DNA from: a virus
Taxonomy: Duplodnaviria; Caudoviricetes
IMG/VR virus record: IMGVR_UViG_3300032177_000011
Coordinates: 1-63,474 of that record
DNA: 63,474 bases
Direction: 5' to 3' (one strand)
Positions 39,135 to 48,215 of this stretch are shown one piece after another. The position numbers were made by a program, and so were the translations under genes. The notes under the pieces were generated by a model. It was not told where the DNA came from, searched no databases, and saw only the letters and a list, made by a program, of their open reading frames with translations. Every line of letters begins with the position of its first letter. Position 1 is the first letter of the stretch.

Positions 39135-39775
39135 TTTGTTTCCTTGTTGGGAGTCTTTATTATACATAGTCTAGTCTGAATGTCAAGCAATCTCTTGTTT
39201 GTATGTACTTTGGCCTGTGTCGTAAGCGTTCGCTCAATACCCCACCCTGCACGAAGGCGCTCAGATACGCAGGCCCCAGAAAGCCCAACTTCGCGCCCCC
39301 ATGCAGATAGTGATTGGGTTCGCCCTTGAAACGTAATGTGCTTTTCATCCGCCCCAATAGGGGTCTCTATTGCTTGGGCGATATCCCACCCATGCTCAAG
39401 ACGATGCTTAAGCCGTTTATAAGGGACCTTATGGACTGCTGCCAAGGACTGCAACGTAGTCTGAATACCGTTGTACGTAAACAAGCGGGTTGTACTTCGG
39501 TTGTTACTTTGCGTGCTTGGTTTTGCCCATCGACAATTGGACGCACAATACTGCCCGTCGTTGTCTATTCGATCTAGTGAGTGTTGCGGGCTTGGTTTTG
39601 GTCCCATATCTGCGTAGAACACTTCAAAATTGGTAACCCAAGAAGGGCAAATCTGAATCCCGCGCCCGCCGTACCTAGGATATTTAGGGTTGTTTGGGTT
39701 TAGACATCGCCCTTTCATACCCGCCCAAGTTGTGTATTCTGGGGTTCTACGTAGCCCGTGCGTTCGTGGCATCAC
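39131..39775 (-). CDS. HNH homing endonuclease (free-standing; same family as the intein-nested HNH)
   Basis: W..MK.RC.NP....Y..YGGRGI...F..FYADMG..P....SLDRIDND..Y...NCRWA....Q.NN. Confidence 0.88.
   Translation of the reverse strand: MMPRTHGLRRTPEYTTWAGMKGRCLNPNNPKYPRYGGRGIQICPSWVTNFEVFYADMGPKPSPQHSLDRIDNDGQYCASNCRWAKPSTQSNNRSTTRLFTYNGIQTTLQSLAAVHKVPYKRLKHRLEHGWDIAQAIETPIGADEKHITFQGRTQSLSAWGREVGLSGACVSERLRAGWGIERTLTTQAKVHTNKRLLDIQTRLCIIKTPNKETK
39159..39186 (-). promoter_or_regulatory. Consensus sigma70 promoter inside the 3' end of the HNH gene
   Basis: TTGACA (39186-81), 16-nt spacer, TATAAT (39164-59); points at the 39134/SSB/HTH/primase genes. Confidence 0.75.
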
Positions 39776-41321
39776 CTACCTCCTGCTTGTATAAATCTAC
39801 CAATAATTGATGCGAGTCAACCTTACCGTCTAACATAGCGTACACCCGACGCTCCACGGGGCTGCCCTGCAGCCGAACTACCGTTACTTTATTGACCTGC
39901 CCTGCCCTGTGCGCCCGGGCGTTACCCTGCAGGTACAACTCAGCAGACGGAACGGGACTCCACCACACAACGGTATCGGCTTTCGTTAACGTTAATCCAT
40001 GTCCAGCAGCCGCAGGCTGAGCCAGTATAACGCGAGGCGCGGTTTCGGTTTGAAAACTTTTCACGACTACTGATCTCTGGTTTGCGGGTACCCCCCCGTG
40101 AATAACTCCTGTGGTTATCCCCGCCTTGGCAAGGGCTTGCTCCAGCATTTCTAGGGCATGGCGAAATGGTACGAACACAATGACCTTGTGGGTTGTTTGT
40201 TCAATCACATCCAGTAGCTCATTCACCCGGTTGCTCACATCAAACTCAATGACTTCCCTATCGGTGGCGTAAACACATCCGGCGCTAATTTGCAATAATT
40301 TATTTAACAGCCCCGCTGCATTGACCGCGGTAATCTCTGACCCCGCCGCTACAGCCACCATAGACTTGCGAACCTCCTCGTAGTACTTCATTTGCTGTAC
40401 GGTTAGCGGTATGTCCCGAGTGGTGTACAGCAAGTCGGGAAGGTCTAAGCACTCAGCCTTGGTGAAGCGTATCGCGGGCTGCAGGACTTTGAACACGGTA
40501 TCCTGTGCAGTAACTTTAGGAGCCCATTTGAAGTTGGTGATCTTGTACATAACCAAGTCGCGGAACGCCCCAAAGAACTTTGGCACCGCGCTAGGGTTGA
40601 CTAGCTTAGCCAGCCCATAGGCATCCGTAGGCGACTGCGAAGCGGGGGTGCCGGTCATAAGCCAGAGCCGGGTCGTGGGCTTAAGCAGGCTGTGCAAAGC
40701 CTTCCAGCGGTCTGTAGTGGTGGTTTTTACCGCAGTAGCCTCGTCTACGATGACCAGATCAAAGCCCCCTGCGGCAAGCTCTTCGCGTACTACCTTCACC
40801 CCATCAAAGTTGATGATGACAAACTCGTAGTCTCCGCTAATCAGTTGCTGACGCTTGGCTTTACTACCCGTAGCAATTGCCACGGTTCTGTGCATAAGCG
40901 TGCGGAACAAGTCAGCCCTCCATGCGGTATCCATGATGGACACGGGACAGACGATAAGCACACGCTTGATCTCGCCTTGCAGCATGAGGTAGTCCGCAGC
41001 CCATGCCGCTGCGCTGGTCTTTCCCGTGCCTGCTTCCGAGAGCACAAGGCACCGTGGGTGGGTGGCAAGGAACGCTGCGGTAGTACGTTGATGGTCGAAT
41101 GGGGTATACACCCCGGGCCACTTGTACCTGCCCGTTATGGGGTGCGGTACGTTTTTGATCTGCAGGTTACGCAGAAGCTTTGCCTCTATGTGCCCCCAGT
41201 TAACGAGGATTTTGGCTTGGTCGCCGTTGCGGGCGAGCACCTTGCTTTTCGGAATCAAGGCAGTGATCTGGTCTGCCTTGCGGGTCACAAACTGCAGTGC
41301 CCGGTTATCTATTATTTGCAC
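39747..41321 (-). CDS. SNF2-family helicase
   Basis: EAGTGKT, VDEA, MTGTP, AGHGLTLT, QGNARAHRAGQ. Confidence 0.9.
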   Translation of the reverse strand: MQIIDNRALQFVTRKADQITALIPKSKVLARNGDQAKILVNWGHIEAKLLRNLQIKNVPHPITGRYKWPGVYTPFDHQRTTAAFLATHPRCLVLSEAGTGKTSAAAWAADYLMLQGEIKRVLIVCPVSIMDTAWRADLFRTLMHRTVAIATGSKAKRQQLISGDYEFVIINFDGVKVVREELAAGGFDLVIVDEATAVKTTTTDRWKALHSLLKPTTRLWLMTGTPASQSPTDAYGLAKLVNPSAVPKFFGAFRDLVMYKITNFKWAPKVTAQDTVFKVLQPAIRFTKAECLDLPDLLYTTRDIPLTVQQMKYYEEVRKSMVAVAAGSEITAVNAAGLLNKLLQISAGCVYATDREVIEFDVSNRVNELLDVIEQTTHKVIVFVPFRHALEMLEQALAKAGITTGVIHGGVPANQRSVVVKSFQTETAPRVILAQPAAAGHGLTLTKADTVVWWSPVPSAELYLQGNARAHRAGQVNKVTVVRLQGSPVERRVYAMLDGKVDSHQLLVDLYKQEVGDATNARAT

Positions 41322-41342
41322 GGGAGAATCCTTTCACGGACG

Positions 41343-41372
41343 AAAAAAGCACGGTAGGGTGAACTACCGTGC
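41343..41372 (-). terminator. Rho-independent terminator
   Basis: GCACGGTAG/CTACCGTGC stem followed by a T6 tract on the minus strand. Confidence 0.75.
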
Positions 41373-41426
41373 AAAAACCAACACTCAGGAGAGACGCCAA
41401 ATGACAAGCGTCTCCGGGATACTACT

Positions 41427-41712
41427 CTACTTAGCGGCTTCCCGCTTGCTTGTTTGCGACTTCATCGTCCCGGTCTTGGTGCGGGAGAAGCTTCGGTTGT
41501 TCTTTGCGGGTACGGCTCTAAGGTTACTTAGGCTCGTAGTCCCACCCTTGGACATAGCCTTCTTATGGTCTACGTCTACGTTATCTGGCAGGGTGCCATG
41601 AGCCTTCTCGTAGATGCGACGAGCCCGATGCCGCTCTGCTTGCGCGGCAAGTTGCTTTGGCGTGCCCTGATAATTTTTATACTCGCTATTTATAATCACG
41701 CGGTTTCGCCAT
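41427..41712 (-). CDS. Small HNH protein; reading frame interrupted by a +1 shift at 41688
   Basis: DVDHKK..SKGG....NLR....NNRS; AAGGAG-preceded ATG at 41712 gives MAKPRDYK then TAG; body continues in +1 frame. Confidence 0.7.
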
Positions 41713-42244
41713 GATCGTTCTCCTTTTCTCCTTGCACATCGAACAAGGTACGCGGGTCATGGTGCGCAGCCACCTTACGACACCATTCAACAAATTCGTC
41801 AACTGGCAAATCTCCTCGCCACATGTTGACGGCCCTACAAACCATTTGTATATTGTCGCTGGTATACAGGCCCCCGGCAACTATACGGTCAACTGAGGCG
41901 TTTGTACGCGCCAAAACCCCATGTACTAACTCGCAAGTTAGTTCAACATTAGACAAAGCGCACCTGTAATTTTGAGCCTCCAACTTATCCAGTAGCATTT
42001 GCGCTGTCAAATGATCCCGTTTACGGCCTCCGTAGTACAGCAACCGAGAACAGTATCGTTTCCAATTACCGCTAATTTTTAGGTACTGATTTTCGGTTGA
42101 GGCGCTACCTGTTATGTACTTCCATTTCCCCTTGCATGGGACGGAACAAAACTTATGAACCCCACTCTTAGGGGTAAACGTTGCGCCGCAAACACCGCAG
42201 GTTTTAGGTTTCCATTTTGCATTAGTGTGATTCCATCCGGCCAT
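41696..42244 (-). CDS. His-Me finger/HNH-like endonuclease with N-terminal Zn ribbon
   Basis: C..CG..F.P......FCS..C; Q..RCALS; SVDRI.....Y..DNIQ.VC..VN; AAGGAG RBS. Confidence 0.75.
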   Translation of the reverse strand: MAGWNHTNAKWKPKTCGVCGATFTPKSGVHKFCSVPCKGKWKYITGSASTENQYLKISGNWKRYCSRLLYYGGRKRDHLTAQMLLDKLEAQNYRCALSNVELTCELVHGVLARTNASVDRIVAGGLYTSDNIQMVCRAVNMWRGDLPVDEFVEWCRKVAAHHDPRTLFDVQGEKENDHGETA

Positions 42245-42293
42245 AGCTATCTCCTTTGATAGCTATAGTATACTCTAAATAGTTAAACTACCA

Positions 42294-42953
42294 CTATCGG
42301 TGATGCTCACAGGATTCCACTGGACAGAAGCCGCAGAGCCCAGAGGGGCGGGCATTCCATACCCCTGCTTCTAATGCAGCCTCAATCATACTTGCATGGC
42401 CTGCCCACTTGGAGAAAATTTCAGGTAGTTGAGCGCGTGTGTACTCTGCTTTGACTGCATCCTTGGCAACCACAAATAGAAGGACACCCTTAACGATGTT
42501 GATCTTTGGGTAGTGTGCCATGACCATAGCGGCCATAAGCTCTAACTGATCGGTATCAGCGTAGCGACTGGACTTGCCAGTCTTGTAATCTACGACTCGC
42601 GCAATGCCTTTGTCGTGGTTAAGTGCGAGATAGTCGGGCAACCCGCGGAACCATACATCCGGGGCAAAAAATTCGCATGGCGTGAAGTCTTTACGAATCC
42701 CGAGTTTGAGTTCGCATTTGATCTCTCCGGGGATTTTGGTGAGAGGTTCCACAAAAGGCAGGTAGTGTTGAAAAGCTTCTGGTAGTGGGGTGCCGTCTTT
42801 GACATAATTCTCAAATGCAGTATGCACGGCGGTCCCATAGAGGGTAGCTGTGGTGTCGCCTTGTTTGTATTGCTTCAGAATACGAACCACATGGTACTTG
42901 CGAGCGCAATTTTGAAAATCCTTGATCGCGCTGTAGGAAAATGCGAGTGCCAT
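42294..42953 (-). CDS. PD-(D/E)xK (Cas4/RecB-like) exonuclease
   Basis: SYS....F.NC, GTAVH, PDY...VVDYKTGK, QL, terminal CGFCPVESC. Confidence 0.85.
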   Translation of the reverse strand: MALAFSYSAIKDFQNCARKYHVVRILKQYKQGDTTATLYGTAVHTAFENYVKDGTPLPEAFQHYLPFVEPLTKIPGEIKCELKLGIRKDFTPCEFFAPDVWFRGLPDYLALNHDKGIARVVDYKTGKSSRYADTDQLELMAAMVMAHYPKINIVKGVLLFVVAKDAVKAEYTRAQLPEIFSKWAGHASMIEAALEAGVWNARPSGLCGFCPVESCEHHR

Positions 42954-42987
42954 GAGTGTTCTTTATTCAGTTGATTGGGACTGTATT

Positions 42988-44889
42988 TTAACAGTCTCCA
43001 TACGAAGCCCCCAGACCTGACTCGCACGCTAAGGGTAATCCCGGAGCCCACTTGGGACGCCATGACATGCACGCCTCGACGTACGCCTTAGCCTCTGCGG
43101 CTTCCTCCTGCTTGACTACCACGGCTATCGCGTCGTGAACGGTCAAAACTACCTTGTACCGCTTGGCGATACGCAGCATCTGCTCTGCCACAACGCAGCG
43201 GGCTACTGCCTGACAGAAATTCTCCACCACTTTCCCGCCGTATACGTACACAGGGAGTCCCTTGGACTGGTACGACCACTGCTGCTTCTCTTCGCCCTGT
43301 AGGGACTTCGTAATCACCCGCTTGAGGTCTGGGTACTGGATAAATAACCCGTTGGGGAGTGTGAGCCCTTTGCCGGGAGCAACCTTGACGATACCCGGTA
43401 CGTCGATCTGCATAGCCTGCTCCAGTGCCAGCGCCTTGAGAGCGTTGCCTGCAGACTTCCACAGCATAGGGATACGGAAGTACGTTGCCCGGTAGGCGTC
43501 AATGATGCGCTTGGCTTCCTCTAGGGATACCTCTACCTTGGCCTGTTGCTTAAGAAATGCCTGCAGCTTAACGTGCCCTACTCCGTAGCCTGCACCGAGA
43601 ATAACGACTTTACCTACCTGTCGCTGGCCCGGGGTAATCTCTACTACCGGCACGTTGTAGATACGGCTCGCCATGATCTTGTACACGTCCTCCTTGTTCT
43701 CGAACGCTTGGATCAGGTCATCCTGCCCTGCCAGCCACGCCAGCGTACGCGCTTCGATCTGGGAAGAGTCGCAGTCGATGACAACATACCCGAGAGGTGC
43801 AACGATAGCCTTCTTGATCTTCCCTGCATTAGCTCCGCGTGACGGCAGGTTCTGAAGGTTCACAAAGTCTTGGCCGCTCCATCTGCCGGAGTGCGCCCCG
43901 TAGTACCGCAAGGGTACAGGGAACTGGCCCCGATCCGCCATGCCAATAAAGCGCTCGGTGCGGGTCTCTTCCAACGTACTCTTGTTACCTAGCCTTGCGG
44001 CCACAAGCCCCTGAACTTCTACACTAGGGTGCTCTTCCAGCGCCTTGAACGCCTCATCGGTCTTGGCAAACGCATAGGCTTCCTTGCCTGTGGTCAAACT
44101 AATCTTAGTTGGCGGCTCCACACCGAACCTACGCAATACCTCCGCAAACTTGTCGTTGCTCATCAACAACTTCTTGATACCGTCCGTACCTTCGGTAAAC
44201 ACTTGGTGCGTGAAGTCGGGGTCCCCATCTGCCAGCATCATGTCCCGCACATTATCGAGCAGGTTGGCCTTGATCTCTTTAACTTCCGCCAGATGTGATT
44301 GCAGCACTGGCTTGTCGAGGCGCAGCACGGGGTCAATGAACATACGCAGTGTGAGGTCGATCAACTGCAACTCGATACGCGGGAACCCCATACCCATGTA
44401 GGTGTTGAACAAGGCGTAGGTTAGTTCCGTATCGTTGCAGCAATACTCTGCGTATCGCGCTAGTTCGATAGGGCTGAAGTCCACATACCGTTTGCCCAGC
44501 GCGTTGATAACCTCTGTACCCTTGACGCCAATACCATGCCGTTCTGCTTGCGACTTCAGGCTATGGGACTTGGCATGAGGGTACAACGCCCGGGACATAC
44601 CCAGCGTATCCAGCCAGCCCTTAGGGTTAACTCCATAGCGCCACTTCAGTATGGCCCCATCAAATGCGGTGTTCTGCGCGATGATGAACTTGTCTGACCA
44701 ATCTACGGACGCCAAGTACGGCGCTACCTCAGACTGTGGATACCATTGCGTCGGCCCATCCCCATGCTTAACGGATAGTCCGATAGTCTCAAACTTGTCA
44801 CTGCGCACGTATTCTTCGGTGCTGATTTTAGATAAACTAAAATCTCTATCATAAAATGACTCTATATCTATCGTAACTAGCGCACTCAT
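42988..44889 (-). CDS. DNA polymerase family A with 3'-5' exonuclease
   Basis: Exo DIES, QNTAFD, YCCND; motif A DSSQIEAR; motif B RQVGKVVILGAGYG; motif C TVHD. Confidence 0.93.
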   Translation of the reverse strand: MSALVTIDIESFYDRDFSLSKISTEEYVRSDKFETIGLSVKHGDGPTQWYPQSEVAPYLASVDWSDKFIIAQNTAFDGAILKWRYGVNPKGWLDTLGMSRALYPHAKSHSLKSQAERHGIGVKGTEVINALGKRYVDFSPIELARYAEYCCNDTELTYALFNTYMGMGFPRIELQLIDLTLRMFIDPVLRLDKPVLQSHLAEVKEIKANLLDNVRDMMLADGDPDFTHQVFTEGTDGIKKLLMSNDKFAEVLRRFGVEPPTKISLTTGKEAYAFAKTDEAFKALEEHPSVEVQGLVAARLGNKSTLEETRTERFIGMADRGQFPVPLRYYGAHSGRWSGQDFVNLQNLPSRGANAGKIKKAIVAPLGYVVIDCDSSQIEARTLAWLAGQDDLIQAFENKEDVYKIMASRIYNVPVVEITPGQRQVGKVVILGAGYGVGHVKLQAFLKQQAKVEVSLEEAKRIIDAYRATYFRIPMLWKSAGNALKALALEQAMQIDVPGIVKVAPGKGLTLPNGLFIQYPDLKRVITKSLQGEEKQQWSYQSKGLPVYVYGGKVVENFCQAVARCVVAEQMLRIAKRYKVVLTVHDAIAVVVKQEEAAEAKAYVEACMSWRPKWAPGLPLACESGLGASYGDC

Positions 44890-45179
44890 GCAAGCACCTT
44901 GAGAACCGCGCTTAACGCATCATAGTTGTCCTCGTTAATCACCATAGCAATACCGCCTGCCTCCTTGATAGCTTGTAGCTCCCGGTCTTGCAGTACCGTA
45001 GTCTTGCCCTTGCCTGCTTTGCATTCAATAGCGAGGAACTTTCCGCTAACGCAGCAGATAATATCGGGGACTCCCGAGCGCCCATACCCGCCCGTAGCCG
45101 GGGGGAAGTGATATACATCATGCGCATCAAGTATGCGCTTAACGGATGCCTTAACTTTGCCCTCAGGGGTTTGTGCCAT
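44886..45179 (-). CDS. VRR-NUC domain nuclease
   Basis: TPEGKVK, GVPDII, AIECKA, LQ....I..AGG. Confidence 0.85.
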   Translation of the reverse strand: MAQTPEGKVKASVKRILDAHDVYHFPPATGGYGRSGVPDIICCVSGKFLAIECKAGKGKTTVLQDRELQAIKEAGGIAMVINEDNYDALSAVLKVLA

Positions 45180-45393
45180 TTGTTTCTTCCTTGTACTGTA
45201 GTTCTAATATTAGTTGGCAGTAGTGCAACGCCTTGCGGACATCGGCAGCACCGTTCTTGTTCTTGTGGCGTGTGATGTACTTGACCACGTTCCCTTGCAG
45301 GAAGTCCAACTCATTAGCGTGAATGAATTCGATAGGCTGAATCTTCATCTTCCGGTAATGTTCCCCGCCAATTTGAATATCTAATGCGCTCAT
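45163..45393 (-). CDS. DUF3310-like protein
   Basis: QIGGEHY....IQPIEFI.....F..GNVVKY..R...KNG..D..KA.HY. Confidence 0.8.
   Translation of the reverse strand: MSALDIQIGGEHYRKMKIQPIEFIHANELDFLQGNVVKYITRHKNKNGAADVRKALHYCQLILELQYKEETNGTNP
45202..45215. promoter_or_regulatory. Palindrome copy (TTCTAATATTAGTT)
   Basis: Inside the DUF3310 3' end, 22 nt upstream of the VRR-NUC start. Confidence 0.6.
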
Positions 45394-45563
45394 TTCCAAT
45401 CGTCCTTTTGTAGTTCGTTAACTAGCTTGGCTTCCCTAAGCGCAAGCCGTAATTTGGCGTTCCGCTCCACAACATCTATTAGTTGTTTGTGCAGGGTGTA
45501 TGCCAGTTTGTTAATTTCTTCCCGAGTCCACGTTTCAAATGCGGGAGTGTTCTGATCGTGCAT
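45390..45563 (-). CDS. Hypothetical protein (57 aa)
   Basis: Translated by hand (MHDQNTPAFETWTREE...); fills the gap; ATGA coupling. Confidence 0.55.
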   Translation of the reverse strand: MHDQNTPAFETWTREEINKLAYTLHKQLIDVVERNAKLRLALREAKLVNELQKDDWK

Positions 45564-45589
45564 TTACCGTCTCCGTTACAAAGAAAGCG

Positions 45590-46003
45590 CTAATTGTGCC
45601 CGCCCGCATACATGCTATACAACGCTTTTTGCATTGCCTCCGGGTTAATCCTAGGGTTAGCTTCTTCCGCCGCGTCGAGCGCATCACAGATTACACGGGC
45701 TTGCGTTGGGTCATATGTACCCGCAGTAAGTAGTTGTACGCATACATCTCGACCCGTCTGCATGGTCCGAATAAGCTCTTCCAGCTTAGTACCCCGGTTT
45801 GTGGTTTCGATACATGCCGCTACGATCATAGGCTCCAGCGTAGCTCCGATAGCACCCAGACGTTCCTGATACTCATCCTCAGGAGTCATCATGTACAGTG
45901 AAATCTTGGAGGTAAGCAAAAGACTTCTCAACTTCTGCCGTGCGACTGCCCGCGCTATGGGGTTAGTCGCTGTGTCCTTGGTAACCACACGGATGTAGGT
46001 CAT
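45590..46003 (-). CDS. Hypothetical protein
   Basis: Coupled ORF in early operon. Confidence 0.6.
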   Translation of the reverse strand: MTYIRVVTKDTATNPIARAVARQKLRSLLLTSKISLYMMTPEDEYQERLGAIGATLEPMIVAACIETTNRGTKLEELIRTMQTGRDVCVQLLTAGTYDPTQARVICDALDAAEEANPRINPEAMQKALYSMYAGGHN

Positions 46004-46203
46004 TTTTTTGTGTACTCAAAAGTTGGTAAAGGAAACCAATGGGTGAACCCGTCGCCCTTGTGATGAACGCGGGTGTAGGCCACGCCTTGCGCCTGCTCAA
46101 TTAGCTGCATGCGCATCCCAATCGGGGTGTTCTCGTCAATCGGTATCCACTTCACATCCGGCGCAATGACTGCGGTTCGGTCGCTGTTTAGCTTGTGGGT
46201 CAT
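46000..46203 (-). CDS. Hypothetical protein
   Basis: W.PI...TP.G...L......GVA...FTHWFPLP; GGAG RBS. Confidence 0.6.
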   Translation of the reverse strand: MTHKLNSDRTAVIAPDVKWIPIDENTPIGMRMQLIEQAQGVAYTRVHHKGDGFTHWFPLPTFEYTKK

Positions 46204-46388
46204 GTTGTCTCCCTCGGTCGCCGCACTGACAACGGTATCGTTTCGTTCGCTGTGACAATCTCGATTGTGTTGTACCTGTAGCCACAAGCTGTGCAGAGGT
46301 GAACGCGGTACGTTGTTGCCGCAGACTTGCGTGACTCAATAATACGGGTGTCGTCTGTGCTGTTGCACTCGTCGTTCATGCACTGCAT
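46200..46388 (-). CDS. NrdR-like Zn-ribbon protein
   Basis: C....C....TRIIESR......R...C..CGYRY.T.E; GGAGG RBS. Confidence 0.65.
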   Translation of the reverse strand: MQCMNDECNSTDDTRIIESRKSAATTYRVHLCTACGYRYNTIEIVTANETIPLSVRRPRETT

Positions 46389-46744
46389 ATCAGACCTCCC
46401 CACATCCCCGCTTGTTGATGTAACTCTGCGTAAGCCCGAGCCTTTGTCTGCACTGCCGCTGCTCTGGATGCTTTCGCTCCTTTGGCTGCTTTGGATAGAG
46501 CACGCTTGCCTCGGGGCTTGCTGGCTGCGTCGGGCGCATCGCCAAGGGCATAAATGGGTGTGTTGCGACCCGGACCGTTGCCAGTGAACAGTATCCACTC
46601 CATGATGTGGACTTCTCGCCGTTCGCGTAGGCTTTTAAGCTGTGAGCTAATTGACGATGGGCCAAGTCCAACGCGTGCGCCAAGTTGCGCTGTGGTCATT
46701 GGTCCGTGCCGTGTGAGTGCTTCCCTGATTGATTGCATGCTCAT
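46376..46744 (-). CDS. Winged-helix DNA-binding protein
   Basis: IREAL..HGPMT..QL...VGL..SSIS..L..L. Confidence 0.65.
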   Translation of the reverse strand: MSMQSIREALTRHGPMTTAQLGARVGLGPSSISSQLKSLRERREVHIMEWILFTGNGPGRNTPIYALGDAPDAASKPRGKRALSKAAKGAKASRAAAVQTKARAYAELHQQAGMWGGLICSA

Positions 46745-47217
46745 GGCTTGGCTCCTTGTGCTTCAACGATCTCATAATCAGCATCACACTCGTCGTCGTT
46801 CACACTCGTGATACGAATGTCAATGTTTGGCAAGCGCACCGCCCGCTGCACCGTGCGAATGTCACCGATAGCAAGCTCTGTGCCGCTGCACATTTCGTCA
46901 TTCAGGAATTCGGAAATGCTGCTGTATAGCTTGTCAGCATCGTCGTGATTCCAAAACATGTCAGGCACAGGCACTGCTACTTGCTGCGCTGGGTGGGTGT
47001 AGAGCTTGGTACCCACAGGCTGCATCACATCAAGATAACCAATGGTCACACCGCGCACGCATTGCACTGTAGCCACAGCCTGCGCTTTCTCTGTTTCACG
47101 GGATGCTCGCCACGATTGCCATGCAAGCTCACAGTCACCCGATTCGCACCAGTTAGGGTTATCACCAAGAATGCCAACTGCCCATTTCTCAAACGCCTCT
47201 CGGCTTGTGTCTGTCAT
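46741..47217 (-). CDS. Hypothetical early protein
   Basis: SREAFEKW...AWQSWRA and PVGTKLYTHP modules; ATGA coupling. Confidence 0.6.
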   Translation of the reverse strand: MTDTSREAFEKWAVGILGDNPNWCESGDCELAWQSWRASRETEKAQAVATVQCVRGVTIGYLDVMQPVGTKLYTHPAQQVAVPVPDMFWNHDDADKLYSSISEFLNDEMCSGTELAIGDIRTVQRAVRLPNIDIRITSVNDDECDADYEIVEAQGAKP

Positions 47218-47441
47218 TTCAAACTCCTGATTGCAGCCGCAATAACGGCTCCAGTTTTTCCAAAAGGGATGGTTGCGTTCATGGCATCCAATAGCGCAGC
47301 CTCTCGGCCCGCCTGCCACGCTTGATGCTTAGAGGCCACCCAAGGCACGGTGTAATCCCCGAATCCATCGCGTTGTAATGCTTGCGCTAGTCCGACTTCG
47401 GAGGCAATGCAGTCGTCTATGTGTTGCTCAAATGGTGTCAT
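47214..47441 (-). CDS. Hypothetical early protein
   Basis: Shares C-terminal module with 47820-48017. Confidence 0.55.
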   Translation of the reverse strand: MTPFEQHIDDCIASEVGLAQALQRDGFGDYTVPWVASKHQAWQAGREAALLDAMNATIPFGKTGAVIAAAIRSLK

Positions 47442-47823
47442 TTTTGCCTTTCGTCAGCCGAACAAACTCGGCCATAAGTTCTTGGGCGATGGCTTGGATG
47501 CCGTACGCCTCTTGCTCTGTTGCTGGATTGGTTTCACCAATGCTCTTGCGGTACTCTTGCCATACATGCACGCTTTCATGCACTAGTAACCCAGCCACTT
47601 CAATAGGATCGCGTCCTTTCCAATCTCGCAGAGTCACAATGCACACAAGTTCTGACTTTTGATTTGTGCATATGTGTGTCGTAGCATGAGCGCTGGTTCC
47701 ACGTACAAAATCAACGCGTTCCTTTATGCCGCAGTGAGATAGGGCGGTAATAAATTCTTTGTCGGATAAACATAGTGTCAGATACGGCCCCGCTGCTGCT
47801 ATGCGTCTATCAAGCCACTTCAT
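47428..47823 (-). CDS. Putative HExxH metalloprotein
   Basis: LLVHESVH...EQEAY. Confidence 0.6.
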   Translation of the reverse strand: MKWLDRRIAAAGPYLTLCLSDKEFITALSHCGIKERVDFVRGTSAHATTHICTNQKSELVCIVTLRDWKGRDPIEVAGLLVHESVHVWQEYRKSIGETNPATEQEAYGIQAIAQELMAEFVRLTKGKNDTI

Positions 47824-48017
47824 TTCAATGCTCCAATTACTTTAGCCATCACGGCTCCGGTTTTGCCAAAGGGTAGGGTTGCGTTCATGGCGTCCAGCAG
47901 GGCAGATTCTCGGCAGGCTTGGCCGTAGGCTTGCATCTGTTCTAGCGAATGGCTCCAGCAGCTTATGCTGGTGTCATCGTCGAAGCAGTGCGTGTCTGGG
48001 GGCGGTAGTGTTGTCAT
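47820..48017 (-). CDS. Hypothetical early protein
   Basis: TLPPPD...QMQAYG..C; coupled ORF. Confidence 0.55.
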   Translation of the reverse strand: MTTLPPPDTHCFDDDTSISCWSHSLEQMQAYGQACRESALLDAMNATLPFGKTGAVMAKVIGALK

Positions 48018-48214
48018 TTCAAGCTCCTGATTTTGTCTGCGATCTGGTAGCCATCAAGTGCATATTTAAAACCGTTTTCAGCGGCCATTGCAGCTTCCTC
48101 AATCGCCTCGGCTCGGCATTGCTGGCCGTAGGCTATCGCCTCATGGTAGTGAAGGGCGTCAAACCCGCAGGCTTGCTCTAGTGCTTTGTTTCTTGGTAGG
48201 GTCGGCAGGCTCAT
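48014..48214 (-). CDS. Hypothetical early protein
   Basis: LPTLP...AYGQQCR..AIEEAA...IRSLK. Confidence 0.55.
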   Translation of the reverse strand: MSLPTLPRNKALEQACGFDALHYHEAIAYGQQCRAEAIEEAAMAAENGFKYALDGYQIADKIRSLK

Positions 48215-48215
48215 C

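Noticed and set aside
41686-41688. TAG stop-codon reassignment
   Set aside because: Read-through meets TAA three codons later, and other genes end normally in TAG (11150, 12893, 34356)
42294-42953. Cas4-like gene as part of a CRISPR system
   Set aside because: Stand-alone PD-(D/E)xK exonucleases are common in phage replication modules; no other cas genes
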